Assembly: GCA_035084275.1 (NCBI GenBank)
Contig: CM068750.1
Coordinates: 6,386,001 to 6,450,000 of the forward strand
Origin: Hydrolagus colliei
Lineage: Eukaryota
Direction: 5' to 3'
Length of the DNA: 64,000 nucleotides
The stretch's first letter is position 1. Every line of letters starts with the position of its first letter. The position numbers were made by a program, and so were the translations under genes. Of this stretch, positions 35,401 through 48,500 are shown one piece after another. The notes beneath the pieces are model-generated. The model was not told where the DNA came from, did no database searches, and saw only the letters and a program-made list of their open reading frames with translations.

Positions 35401-38400
35401 GGCTTGAGTGTTGCTGACCAGGTGACTGTGGAGTGTACCTCTGTGCATCCCTGTCCTGTTTTCACCCTAATATCACACTGACACGGCCTCCAGCAAGAGA
35501 CTCTGGATAATGATCAGTCAGAAATTCAGATAATTCCCTTCTTTCCAGCCTATTTTTTATATGTGGAGTCCTGTAACTCAGTGATTAGAGCACTCGCCTT
35601 ACATGCGAGAGACCCGAGTTCAATTCCAGGCAGGGCGAAGCCGTGGGCAAGTTTCCTTACTCCACGTGCCTAATAATAATCCCTCAAAAAAAATTGGCCA
35701 TTTCAATTCATGACTGTTTGTGGGACATCGCTGTATGCGATTGGCTGCGCGTTTTGCTCATAAATATACAGTCAGTTCACTTTACAGTATAATCTGTGAA
35801 GCCCTTTGAGACGTCTAGAAGACATGAAAAGCACTATATCAAATGCAAGGATTATTATTATCTTGAGCATAGAGACACTGAGGGTAGTGCTGACAACACA
35901 ACCAGGAATCCTTGTAAACAATGCAAACTAAACCACCACTGTCTCCTTGGGAACGCCGAAGAACTAGATTCTGCATTTGCAAAGATTTATCTAAATCCCT
36001 CGTTCTCCTATCAGTCTTGGATGTCTGGCAATGTCTAGATATTTGGTTGCACACACACTGTCAGTGTCATTACCAGCTTCTACCTGAACACAAAGGTTAT
36101 TCAGTAGTTGACAACTATTACTGTATTAAGTTACATTCAAACGGAGAGTTACCCTACATCAGTGTTGCAGATTAACCATGAGAATTGAAAGCTATGCTTC
36201 TCCATCCCCCACTCACCCACCTTTGTTCCGATGTTTATTTTGATTGTACAATATCATTATCTGGATGAGATAAATTAATTGTGAAAATTAACGGTATTTC
36301 ACATCGAGCATTCGTTAATTATTTTTTAAAATATTGAAGGAGAAGAATTCAACTGGAAAAATGCATTTCAATAGAAGATGACATTAATACTCTGGTGTAA
36401 TTTAGAGATCGTTAAGTCATAACCTTGAGAGATTGAGTGAACAGTCAGCCATTCATTGTAATGATGCCTAAACAAATTGATGTTTGAAGACATGCAGCTT
36501 TCTAAAATAGTACAGTAGAAGGTTCACTTGCCCTAATGGAGAGTATTTTCAATTCTCCTATTATAAATGCAGTCTAAAGTGCAGAGTGAACAGAAAATGA
36601 TAGTCAGAGTGCAACAGTATAAAATGATCCTCCTCCATGTGAGGAATAAACCATGGAGCAAAATAACTTTATGTCACAGAAGAAATTATTATGCTGCCAG
36701 ATCAACAACAACAACAAAATTGCACCTATACAGCGCCTTTCACGTTGGGAGGACGTCCCAAAGTGCTGAACAGTCTGGTCGGGACCCAAGAGGGGGGTGG
36801 GGGGGAGGGTCAAACCAGGGGGAAGGAGAGTGGGAGAGGGGGAAGACTTAGTGGGGCAGCCGAAGGCGCGGTCGAAGAGGAAGGTCTTGAAACCAGCCTT
36901 GAAGGAGGAAAGGGAGGAAGCAAGGCGGAGGGGCTGCGGGATGAAGTTCCACAGATCACCTGGAAATATTCAGTCACTCACTGTATTTCACAGGAAAACC
37001 AGGTGAAATACTTAGTCATGTTCAGAGTTGTACATATGATGCATAATTAAAGGTTATAATATGTACCTATATAGTACAATACATAGGGGAGTAGTGGTTG
37101 AAGGCACGGCCGCCGATGGTGGAGCGGAGGATACGGGGGACAAGGGGGAGGCCAGACCCGGTGGAGCTGGGTTGAGCTTCATTTCATCTACCCCCAAAAG
37201 GAATGGCTGGGTTAATAAAAAAGAGAAACAATATACAGTACTGTGAATTCTGGAAAAAAAAATCAGTGAACACTGGAAACACAGTGTAGGTCAAAGCAAG
37301 CAGTAACCTAGCAATTTCTTTCTCATGCTGATCAACCTGCTACACATTTCCAGCAATTTCTGTGTTAATTTGGGGGGTTTTGTTTTACTCTCCGGTGCAG
37401 TACTTGTGAAGGATTGTTGGAAATTGAGTTTGGAAGGTTCTCAAAATGGATACGCTTGATCATATGATGTCAACATTGCCACATGACCAGCTCCTCACAT
37501 CTTACCTAACCAAAATCAGTTTCTAAATCCACTCGTTAAGTCGTCAACTTTCACATCCTCACAACTAGAAAATCTTCACTGAGTGCAATACTAAGGTACA
37601 GTGTTCCAAAACAACAGGAATAGCATCCGAAACAATGGAGTAGTGTTCAGATCATGCAATGCTCTGATATATGCTGTATATATATATATATATATATCAG
37701 ATGAACAATATATATATGATGGCCCATGATGTGTGTGTGTATGCATATATATGCATACACACACACATCATGGGCCTTAATGCGATGGAGAGATCCCACT
37801 GGGAGGGTTATTATAGCTGCAGCATATCTGCATTGTCAGCGCACTGAACTCTCTTCTTGCAGGGAAGTCCCTCTGCAGCTCAGCAGATTCTGGTTAAATT
37901 CACACATGATCCAAGTATACGTAGTTTTAATACGGTTGAATACGATGCCTGGAGCCAACACAACCACACCTCAATTGATGTGCACATCAATGCACAACAC
38001 TGGCGAGGAAATTCACTGAGCTGGAGAATCCAGACGATTACAAATCCAAGTTACACATATGATGTGTTTGAAGACAAAATGCAGCACAGTTTGAAACAGC
38101 CTAAAATAAACCTATGTGTGTGTGTGTAATTTTTTTGGGGGGGGGTGGGGGGCTGGGTGGCTGTGATTGTTCATGGTGCAGTTTACAGTATCTCAGATTT
38201 TCCATCGGTAGAGCATTAGGAAATGGGAAACATTTTGGATTCAAAAAATTAATAAAACTACAAGTACAGTCACCTGTACAGATTAGAGATCTGTGAACTG
38301 AACATTTTCTTGGCCAAAGGAGAGTAAGTAAGTAGGGAATAAATCAAAGCCAACTTGCTTATTGGGTCAAAACAGTTCATCCAGGAATAGAGCACAATAA

Positions 38401-41400
38401 TGTAGCTCAGTGGTTAGAGCGCTTGCCATACAAACAAGAGACCTGTGTTTCAAATCCAGGCAGGTCAGGGCGAAACTCCACACACCTAATAATAATCCGT
38501 CAAAAAAAAACTATAATAAATTGGTGATTTTCAATCCACGACTGTTTGTGGGACATTGTCATGGGCAATTGGCTGCCGTGTTTCAACCACAAATATACCA
38601 TCAATTCACTTTACAGTGTATTCTGTGAAGCGCTTTGAGACGTCTAGAAGACGTGAAAAGCGCTGTAGCAAATGCAAGGATTATTATTATTATTAAAAGT
38701 GTAAAATAAGGATATTATTTCTTTCTGTATATGAATTCAGAGGAATTTCCTTAAACATTTTTTAAAAAATTACATTTATTTTACACACTGATATAATCTC
38801 ACCTCAGTGTCAACATTCTGCAGCCCAACTTGGTCACATATGGCAATCAGCTCTTTCCTGCTCAGATAATCGTCTCTGGTGACACCCAACTCCTCACAAA
38901 CGGCCTGAAGTCGTTCCTCGATCCAGTCTGGGTCAGCACTGAACATGTTCTGGCAAGAGTTTAAGTCATCGGGATTCCAAAACCGCAACTGTCCTGGAAA
39001 ACACGAGTTCCCTCATTAATAAGTAAGGGCGTGCCTTTAGGATTAAAGTCAACAGATCTTCACTAACCACTATTAACATAAGTTGCATGCAAAAGTAACC
39101 ATATGACTATCTGGTACACTGCGTAACAATGTGTCAGCCTGGTTCAGTTGGCATCATCGCAACCTCGGAGTTAGGATTCGGGTTCAATTCCCACTACGGG
39201 ACTTTGAACTCACAGTGGAGGTTGACACTCCAGCGCGGTGCATTGTTGGAGGCGCCACCTTTCGGATGAGATGTTAAGCAGAAGTCCATCATTTGAATGA
39301 ATCGTTAAACTGAGGCCCTTCTGCCTGCTGAGGTGGACACTAAAGATCTCAATGGAAACAATTCGTAAAGAGGAGTTTCTCCCAGTGTCCTGCCCCCAAA
39401 TCCTCTGGATAAAGTTAATCATTTATGACATGAAAGCGCCTTGAGACGCCGTCCGGTGTGGAGGGCGCTATATAAATCAAAGTTGTTGTTGACATAGTTG
39501 TTTGTGGGACATTGCAGTGTGCCCATTTGCTTCCGTGTTTGCCTACAAAATACAGTCTCTTCACTTTACAATAAGTCCTGTGAAGCACTTTGAGATGTCC
39601 TTCTGACATAAAAGACGCTATATGAAACGCAAGGATTATCATTAAGTAACGTAACTGCAATTATATGGTGAGTTACTGAACACCCAGAAATGGGAGTTAT
39701 TAAAGACTTGCTGGGGTTAATCCCAGTTGACATATCCGTTATGAATTCTTCTAAAAGGTTCAGTGGAATTAAATCCGGCATTAAAATGATATCACAACAC
39801 ATCCCGTTAAAACAAAAGCCTGAACCCAGTATTAGAGAGAGACTTTGTTCTAAATTGGTTTAAATTGTTCATTCTTACCTTCAGCCTCATATTCTTCACC
39901 CTGATCTGTGGAGGTCTTCCAATTCTAAAGAAGAAAATAGAATCCAGAATTTGTCATAAAGGAATCTGAAGACACTATTTATGTCACTCGGGCCCAAAGC
40001 AGCAGGTACCATGACAACCAGTGATTTACATCACGGACAAACAGCAGGGTTCTGAGGACGTCTTGAAACAGTTCTGGTCACATAATGTACCATCTTAGTC
40101 TTCAAACACTAAGTACTGAACATCACAGAACACAGTGATAAAATTACCAGCAATATTTTGCTGCCCTCACACAACCCAACCCCCCCACCACTTTCATACA
40201 AGAACTGTAGTCTTGCAATTTTTTTGTGAACGCAAGTCAATACTACTTAAGTCATAACCCGAGGCAGATATTGAGATATGTGGTGCCATGTCCTCAGGCA
40301 TTTAAAAAGATTCGAAATGAGGACTGGTGAAAGCCAGCTTTTTACTGCAGGCCTCAGTGTCCAAATCTTGCTATCAACACGCATTCATTCCTCTGTCTCT
40401 CCTTGTCTGAACAGTTTGATTTGCTGGTTATAAAAAGATGCACGTGGAGGTAGATTACAAAGTTACACGTTTGCTGTAGGCTAAACTAAACAGTTTCCTT
40501 TCAATCTGTTTATAGCCTACCATGAGTGAGACTGTTGCAATAGAGTGAAGGAGAGTTCCCTACTGCGGGATGAACAGTTCATATATTCCTAAATACATAT
40601 TGGATGGTACAAACAGTAAATATTTTATCAACCACTGCACGCCTCACTGAATTACATTGCAGTCAATACTCATCAATGTAATTGTGTTGTTGTTGTAAAT
40701 GTGAGTTATCAGTTCACATTTTGTGATGCTCTTTGAGACTTCTATGGGAATGGCTCTAGGCAAATATAAAAATGTTCTTGCTAATAATATTTGATATAGC
40801 GCTTTTCACGCCTTCTAGATGTCTCAAGGAACTTCACAGAATGTGCTGTAAAGTGAATTGACTGTAGAGTTATGGGTGAAACATGGCAGCCAATAGCGTA
40901 CAGCAGTGTCCTACCAACAGCGTGGATCGAAACGACCAAAATATTATTGTTTATCTTTTTCGAGGGGTTATTATCAGGCGTGTGGAGTAAGGAAACTTGC
41001 CCAAGGTTTCGCCCTGACCTGCTGGACATATGGAGGAGGAGAAGATGGGACAGTTTATCACTGAGCAGTGGAGAGGGGAAAAAAGGATGCTGCAAGCCTA
41101 AATGATGAAACATTTTTGTGCCTATCTGTACAGGCAGGTAGAAGACATCTCTGCATGATGAATATCAGCAGTTTATTTCAGTTAAAAGCAGCACAAAATT
41201 AGGGATTGTAAGGTGCACCTATTCACAAGACTTTAAAACAGATATATGACATTCCTTCCAAAAAATAAATATTTTTCACATTGCAAAATCATTTCAGATC
41301 ATTTTCTGCAATGTATTAAGTGTGTACATGGAGCTTTACATTCTTTACTAATGTCACTCTCGTGAAAATAGAATGAATTATGAATGTCCCCTGAAAATAT

Positions 41401-42519
41401 ATTTCTATACCAACATCTTAAAATAAAGAGTTTTGTTCAAATAAATTGATGGTTTCAAAAATGAATGACTAAATACATTCAAGGAACATGTTAACGTGTA
41501 GTCTACGCATATCCTGATCTGCGTTCAGAACTGTTTAAGCGAAATGATTTATACCTATTGAAGGATAAATTTCTAAGGCTATATAAAAAAAAGACAGGCC
41601 AGGGACATGGGCTCAACGCTGACTGTAAAGAGACACTTTCTCATTAACACTGGATAGTACGAAGCTTATTCAGCTTTGATCAGAACATACACTAACTCTT
41701 CCTCCCTCCACCCTCCCCACCCCCACTCCTCCCCCAAGGTTAAATTTAAACACTGCTTACATCTAAGCAATCTGATCAAACAGGCTGTCACATCAGCAGC
41801 GCTACCCAGAGAGCAAGCTGGATGGATTAGATCCACGACAGCAGTCAGTGAAATAGTGTCTCTTTGAACCCCTCAAAAACAGGGCAACTACAGATGGGCA
41901 TCTTTCTAATTGAAAATGGAAAACCACATTTAATCTGCATGGTTTCCATAGAAACAGGATTAAACGCGGTGGCGATTTTTTAAAAATGGAGCAGCTGGTG
42001 GAATACATCAGACACCCTATTATTGAGCATAACACTGGCCTACGGTAATTTAATAGTGGTACAATTTGGCCATGAGCCTTGAAATGCCTTCCCTCACTAA
42101 CACTTATACTATTTAACGGAGCCCCCGATTGAGACATCATGATAATTTCCTTTTGGGGGGGGGAAATCCACATCATATTTCCAAACGCAAAAAAACCATT
42201 TTGTGAGCAATGCTTATCTCTGCTGTTCAGTGCACTGCTTAAAGGGTAACAATTACCCAGTATGCTCTGTGTGACAGAGATAAATGTGGTTCAGAGGACA
42301 GACTTGCTCATTTGGACCGTAATATAAATCAATAAGCAGAAGAAACCATATTTATTCTTAAAGCAACGAATAACGCTATGTTTAGTATTGTACAGCTCAG
42401 AACAGTTCAGCTCTTCTTCACAATCCATAGCTAAGGATGCACTGATGTTGAAAACTTTGAGGCAGCAGGATATACACCATTATGCTACCATATATATGTA
42501 TATATATATATATATATAC

Positions 42520-42551
<32 letters not shown>

Positions 42552-45500
42552 CGGTGTTCTCACTTCAGAAGAAGATCAGAACACTGCTGGATTAAGTCAT
42601 TAATTACTCTCTGGGTAAAGAAATACTTCCAGATATCTGTCTTGAAACTGCACTCTGCAACTCTGAACCTGTGTCTTGTTGTCCTGCCATGTGAGATGAA
42701 TGGCCCATTAACACCAGCAACAAGTGGGCAAGTCAGGGCTCTTCAGCCTTGACAAAAAACTTTTATGTAAGATGTCAAATAGGATTGAAAAGGTAAACCC
42801 AAAACATTACTTTTAGATAGGCCGGAGCTGAGGGTTACAGCATAACCTATTGCTTGTATTGGACCATAAGTATTTCAGTGAAGGTGTTAACGTAAGGCAG
42901 TGTTGAAAGAGCTTATCCTGGTGCCCCAGCCAACAAATAAAATGGGTTCTTCACTTCACGGCTGTTTGTGGGACATTGCTCGATGACTGCCTCATTCAAT
43001 ACTGAATACACTGTCACTACACTTTGTAGTACATGCTGTAAAGTGTTTAGAGAAGTTGTTTTGATGTGAGAAGCACTATATTAAATGGAAGGATTATTAT
43101 TTGTTTCCGTAGAATGATGACCAGGCGATATAGAATGAAGTCAATGTAAATAATGTTCAGAACCAACCAGCACCTCAGCAGGTTCCATCAACCAAACAAT
43201 CAAAGATTACAAGAGAAATCTTTTAACCATCACAAAAAAACAAACTGTAGATTAAAGACAATCCCTTCTTACAAAGTTTTCTGCAGGCAATTGGGAAAAA
43301 TGCCTGAGAATCCAGATGCAGGAAATTCCAATGTACTGAGTGCACTGGTAGGACTGACAACTTTTACCTAGTGGGAGAAGATAAATGATAAATCCAGATT
43401 CAAGTTGACCTCAGGGTAAGGACAGAGAGAGAGAGAAATTCCTTGATCACATACATGTATGGCAGGACAAAATCTTGAGCAGATTTCCTTACTCCACACA
43501 CCTGATAACACCACAAGAAAAAAACCAATAACAAATTGGTCACTTCAATCCACTACTATCTTTGGGATACTGCAACGAGCAATTGGCTGCTGCGAATATA
43601 CAGTCAATTCACTTTACAGAGAAGTGCTTTAAGACATGTAGATGATATGATAAGGCACTATTTCAAAGGAAATAAATATTATTATTACATTTCCAATAGG
43701 GAAATCCCATTATAATCACAAACTGCTATATTTGCCAATTTTATCAAGTATCAGCATTCTAGCACATTGGGAGAGAGGCAAACTATATCATTGTAATGAT
43801 GTTTCTAGACAGCCTAATTGTAGCTTTTACAACTAACTAAAAACAGTAGTGGGCATTGTGCTTTGTGAGCTTATTGCTACAGGTACTTAAAAACCCTGCC
43901 GTGTAGTGATTCACTCATTAGTTAAGGCAACCTGCTTGACAAGTAGCAGGGATTATAAATGTATAATGACTTAGCTGTGCCTTTAAGACATTAATACCAT
44001 TTACATCACTGCTGCTGCTGGATATATTGCAAGAAACATTCATTTAGACATCCTGTACGTCGGATTACCATATTGAAAACCAGCTCTCAGTAATTTCATT
44101 GTATAGATGAGGTTGAACAAGTTCACAGGGCAAACCGGCTGTCCGATCAGAAAGCTTGGGCGTTCAAACAGCACAAATGAATCTCACTGGGGCTATGAAC
44201 CAAGCCTTTCAGTGCCATGTAGTTTATTTTGTGAACGATCAAGGGTACAGCATAGTTTGATCCAGGTCACTATGTACTGAAGCCTTTGCAGAAGGCAGAG
44301 CACATGCATTATTCAGATGGACACATGCACTGCTGAACCAAAGAACAGATGGTACAGGTTTAGTATTCTAGCCAGTGTCCTATACACTGGAATAAGCACA
44401 TGCTACTCTTGCTATTGTTTACTTGTCATAGCCTTTTTTTTACCCTTTATGCATAAACCTACCAACCTTTTGCACTTCACCATCTGTTTCATAGAGGCAG
44501 ATCCTTATTCAGAAATTAAGGGTACCCAAATAATTGTTACAAAAGCCCAGTCTTTTGTCAGTGCCTCATTAGCATTACACTAAATTATGCAAAGACTTAT
44601 GCATGCGCTGTAATCGCAGCAACGTGCAAAGATACGAATAGAAACGAAACATTTAGAGCCTCGAACTTTGTACCATCGTAGAAATAATTTCAATTTGTAA
44701 ATCCAATTGTTCACTATTTGAATATAGGATTATTTACTCACTGACCTGCAAACACAGAAAATGATTCTCTCTGTGGACTCCAATGGAGAGGACTGATGTA
44801 GCATACAGTATACTGTATACAGTACTGTACAACATTATGGCTTCTTATCTCTTGTTAACTGGGACTGTGGCCATTTCAAAGAAATAGAAAATCACAACAT
44901 CATACTCAAGTCTGTCTGTCTGTCTATACAGAGAACACAGAAATCAGCATGTCTGTCAGTGGTCACCTCAATAGTATTAAGCCTGTCCACAACTTTTGAA
45001 TACCTTTTCAATATCTGAGTGAAACACAATATCCTCGGTGGCTCAGAATTTGAATCTGGTCTTGCAAGATGCATCATTCCACCAAAACCACGATATTCAC
45101 AAATCAGATACATTACATTTATATGCAACTTTCAAATCAAGCAGACAATGTGTAAAGTAAGAAGGCTTGTGAGCAAAACAGGTTTCTGTCTCCTCTGACA
45201 TTTACTAGTTGGCATTTTTCGCTATTTGGTGATTTGGGATTCACGATGCACGTGAATTTGGGGAAAGCAGAAATTGCAATTCTCACATCAAAGATCCCAA
45301 ATTTGACTGCACTTTCCCAGCCTCAGTAAAGTGCCTTTCCTGTTTATTGAAATGGAAAACAGAGCCTTGGGTAACACATCATTTAGGGGAAATTTATTTT
45401 TCATCCTCAATACTTAGGAATATTTGTGCTATTGCACAGAATTGTGCATCAAGACAATAACTGCATTATCGTGAACTGTTTAGCACTATGTCACCTCCTC

Positions 45501-48500
45501 CTGATGTGAAAGATGCTATCTAAATGTGTATTTGTATCACCAGGAGAAATGATCAGTCTGGCCACATCCACTCACTAACCCAACAAGTCACTCTCCCTCC
45601 ACTTTCACCTTCAGCAATCACATGATGCTCACGTGAAACAGAAATCTGAGTGCAAAGACACGACTGCTATTCATTTGGCTACAATATGTTTGATGGTGAG
45701 TTTCTGCAAGCATAAGGTATATACTCTACCAGTTCTAGTGATTGGCCTCTTACACTGGCATTCTGGGCTCTGCTGGCAATACAAAATAACATTAAAAACA
45801 GACAGCTTAGCCATTCATTTAATCAACAGCAGGGTGGTGGGGGGTGGTTAAAAGTAATACTTTCTAGCACGTACACAGGGTTTGTTTATGCCTGAAGAAT
45901 AAAAATGTATGACCTCGTGAAGAAATTCAGCTTCCTCAACCCACATCAAAAGCCCACCTCGTGTCTGCCTGTTGCCAGCAAAGCCTGCTGAGACTTGAGC
46001 TCCATGACAACTACTGCATTGGCTTCAACCACAACACGAACAAGCTCCCAGTGGCACCATGTGAGCACCCTCGATGAGCATTCTCTCTAAAATTTACATT
46101 TGTGGCTTCAGATTAAGAAGCCACAAACCTGAATTTGCATTTCCTCTGTGACTGTGCATATAGTCACCTCTCTCATTCCCCCCACCTCCCACCAAGCTGA
46201 GCGTCGTGCCCCACCACAGTCAAGCGCTCTGAGACCCTACCTTGCGTAAGGGGCGCTATATAAATGCAAGTGGTAGTTGGTGTATGTGGTAATACAGTGG
46301 TCACGGGACATTAAGGGAATGGGAGTTTTTAAAAACAGATAATGTCACACCCACCTACATGTGTACAGTGATAAGGGTTGTGTAACAAACTGCTGGGAGA
46401 GGTGGTACTGTACAACAGGGAACTATGAATGGTTTCCAAAAGGAACTAGACACAACCCTGGAAATTGAAGATTGGTAGGACGATGAGCTAAATGTGTTCA
46501 AGGAATATTTTGGGACGTTTACTGGTTAAGCTAGATGGAACATGGGCAATGCGTAATATATACAAGAGAAGCAATGCAATTCTAGATAACTCTAATGTTT
46601 TGAATAAAGACGAGAGTCATTTTGGTGTATGTTGTTTTGAATAAGGTACAGAGGAGAGAAAACAGGCAGCTCCAATTAACACAGTCCCAAGTCACCAAGT
46701 TTTAGCCACCAGTGAATTAATTTTTTTTCCTTCACTATAACCTTGACTAAACAGATTAATATGTTTTCCAATACATCTTTTGTGCCAGGAAAACTTCTTT
46801 GCATTTATCCTGCAATAAATGTGGGAGGAAAGATTTATTTAGATATTACTCTACAAACAGACGCAAGGCTCGTCCTGAAATTCGGAATAAATAATCACAG
46901 GCAATAATTTACACCTTTATTTTGTCTTTGACAAATATTACCATAGCAACTGTTATCAGCTGTAGGTCAAAGTTGAGACCTTCTGACAATATATTCAGGA
47001 AAATATTTTATTTCTAAGCAAGTCTATAAATTTGAAACATGCTTCATGAAGCATTAGGCCCATTAAGCTTTCAGAGAACCACTCAAATTATAGAACAATA
47101 CTGCACATTGTGCAATGGGTATTAATGAAGCGTGTAATTCTCAAGAATATTAAAATATGCAGTATGAAACCGCACTGCAACTATATTTAGGAACTCCATG
47201 AAAGAAAGTATTTTTCGGCATCATAAAAAAAACAAAGATTCATTGGTTTGGTTTTAGGAATTCTTCGATTTCTCTGTCCTATTCTCGAAGAAATGAATGT
47301 GTCGAGGCAATACTTTTCAAGGGTAAGGAACACAGAAACCATTCAGCACATTGAAATCATCCTGGCAGTTTATTACATCATGAGATTTATTAAAATTTAA
47401 TTTCCCTGCCTTTCCTCCATATCCCTTAATAAAACCTACTCACAATAACCTATGCGTGTGTGGCGGCCACACAACCTAGATACATTTGCACACAGATTTT
47501 CACAAGGCCCAGGAAAAATGTTCAGATCTTTTTATTTGATGTTCATTACTAAACCAGTTTAAAATAAATAGATCAACTGCTGTGATTTATACACTCAGCT
47601 TTAAAATAAGGGCATATCCTTACAGTCTGCCATTGAGCAGTACTGTCCATTTTGAAACCAGCACAAGTTGAATTTCAGTTCATTTCAAAGCCATTAATAT
47701 GCAAGGAATGGTGTTACGAACATATTCAGCCTTTGTCCAGCACTAATTCAAATTATACTTCAAAGCACAGAGATGCATTTTTTTTGTGTCCTGCACTCAT
47801 AGAACACGTTTTGTTACCACTGTAGCAACATCAACGGGAATCTACATTGTGCTTCCACCGCTGTGTTAATTACACACCGCGTAAACAACTAAAGATTTAA
47901 AAGGTTTCCCTCTGAGCTCCTTTACAAAACCTCCACACTGTGTGTAACATGGCAGTATATTAATGAGTGCATCGACCAGAAGTAATTCTGTGTACACTTG
48001 GCTCTTTTTTGTATCAGTTTTGGGCCAATATGTAATTTGTGGTTGAATAATCAGATACACTCCCATCCCTGTGTTTTTTTTTTGCTCGTTGGAATCAGTG
48101 AAAAGGAAAATTCCAATTATTCACATTCGTCTCCAAATGTCCAATAAAGCTAAAAAATAGGAGGCTATCCATGAAACGAACGTAGAGCAGTCTGTATGAC
48201 CAAATCTCCAGCAGGAATATTTCCAGGTCTTCCTGGAGTAGGATTGTTGCCAGTTTTTGTTTTATTCTGTGAGATGTGATGGAGATCATGCAGCTCACAA
48301 AAGGTTCCATGGTCAGTCTTCGTAGAGATCTGTTTGCTTCACTCTGTGTAAACTTGTGTCTGCTTTAAGGAATAGCGCTATCTATCACTTTCAATTATTG
48401 TTAAAGTTATCAGACAATCCAGCCACTCAGCAGTAAAGTAAATGCACAATGTACCACATAGACACAAGTGTAAATATTGGATTAACCTGAGGCAAAGGGG

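Noticed and set aside
37085-37200. GC-rich intronic patch with apparent splice sites
   Set aside because: It has an in-frame stop in the required phase and translates to the L2 motif RSTIGGRAF, so it is a LINE remnant.
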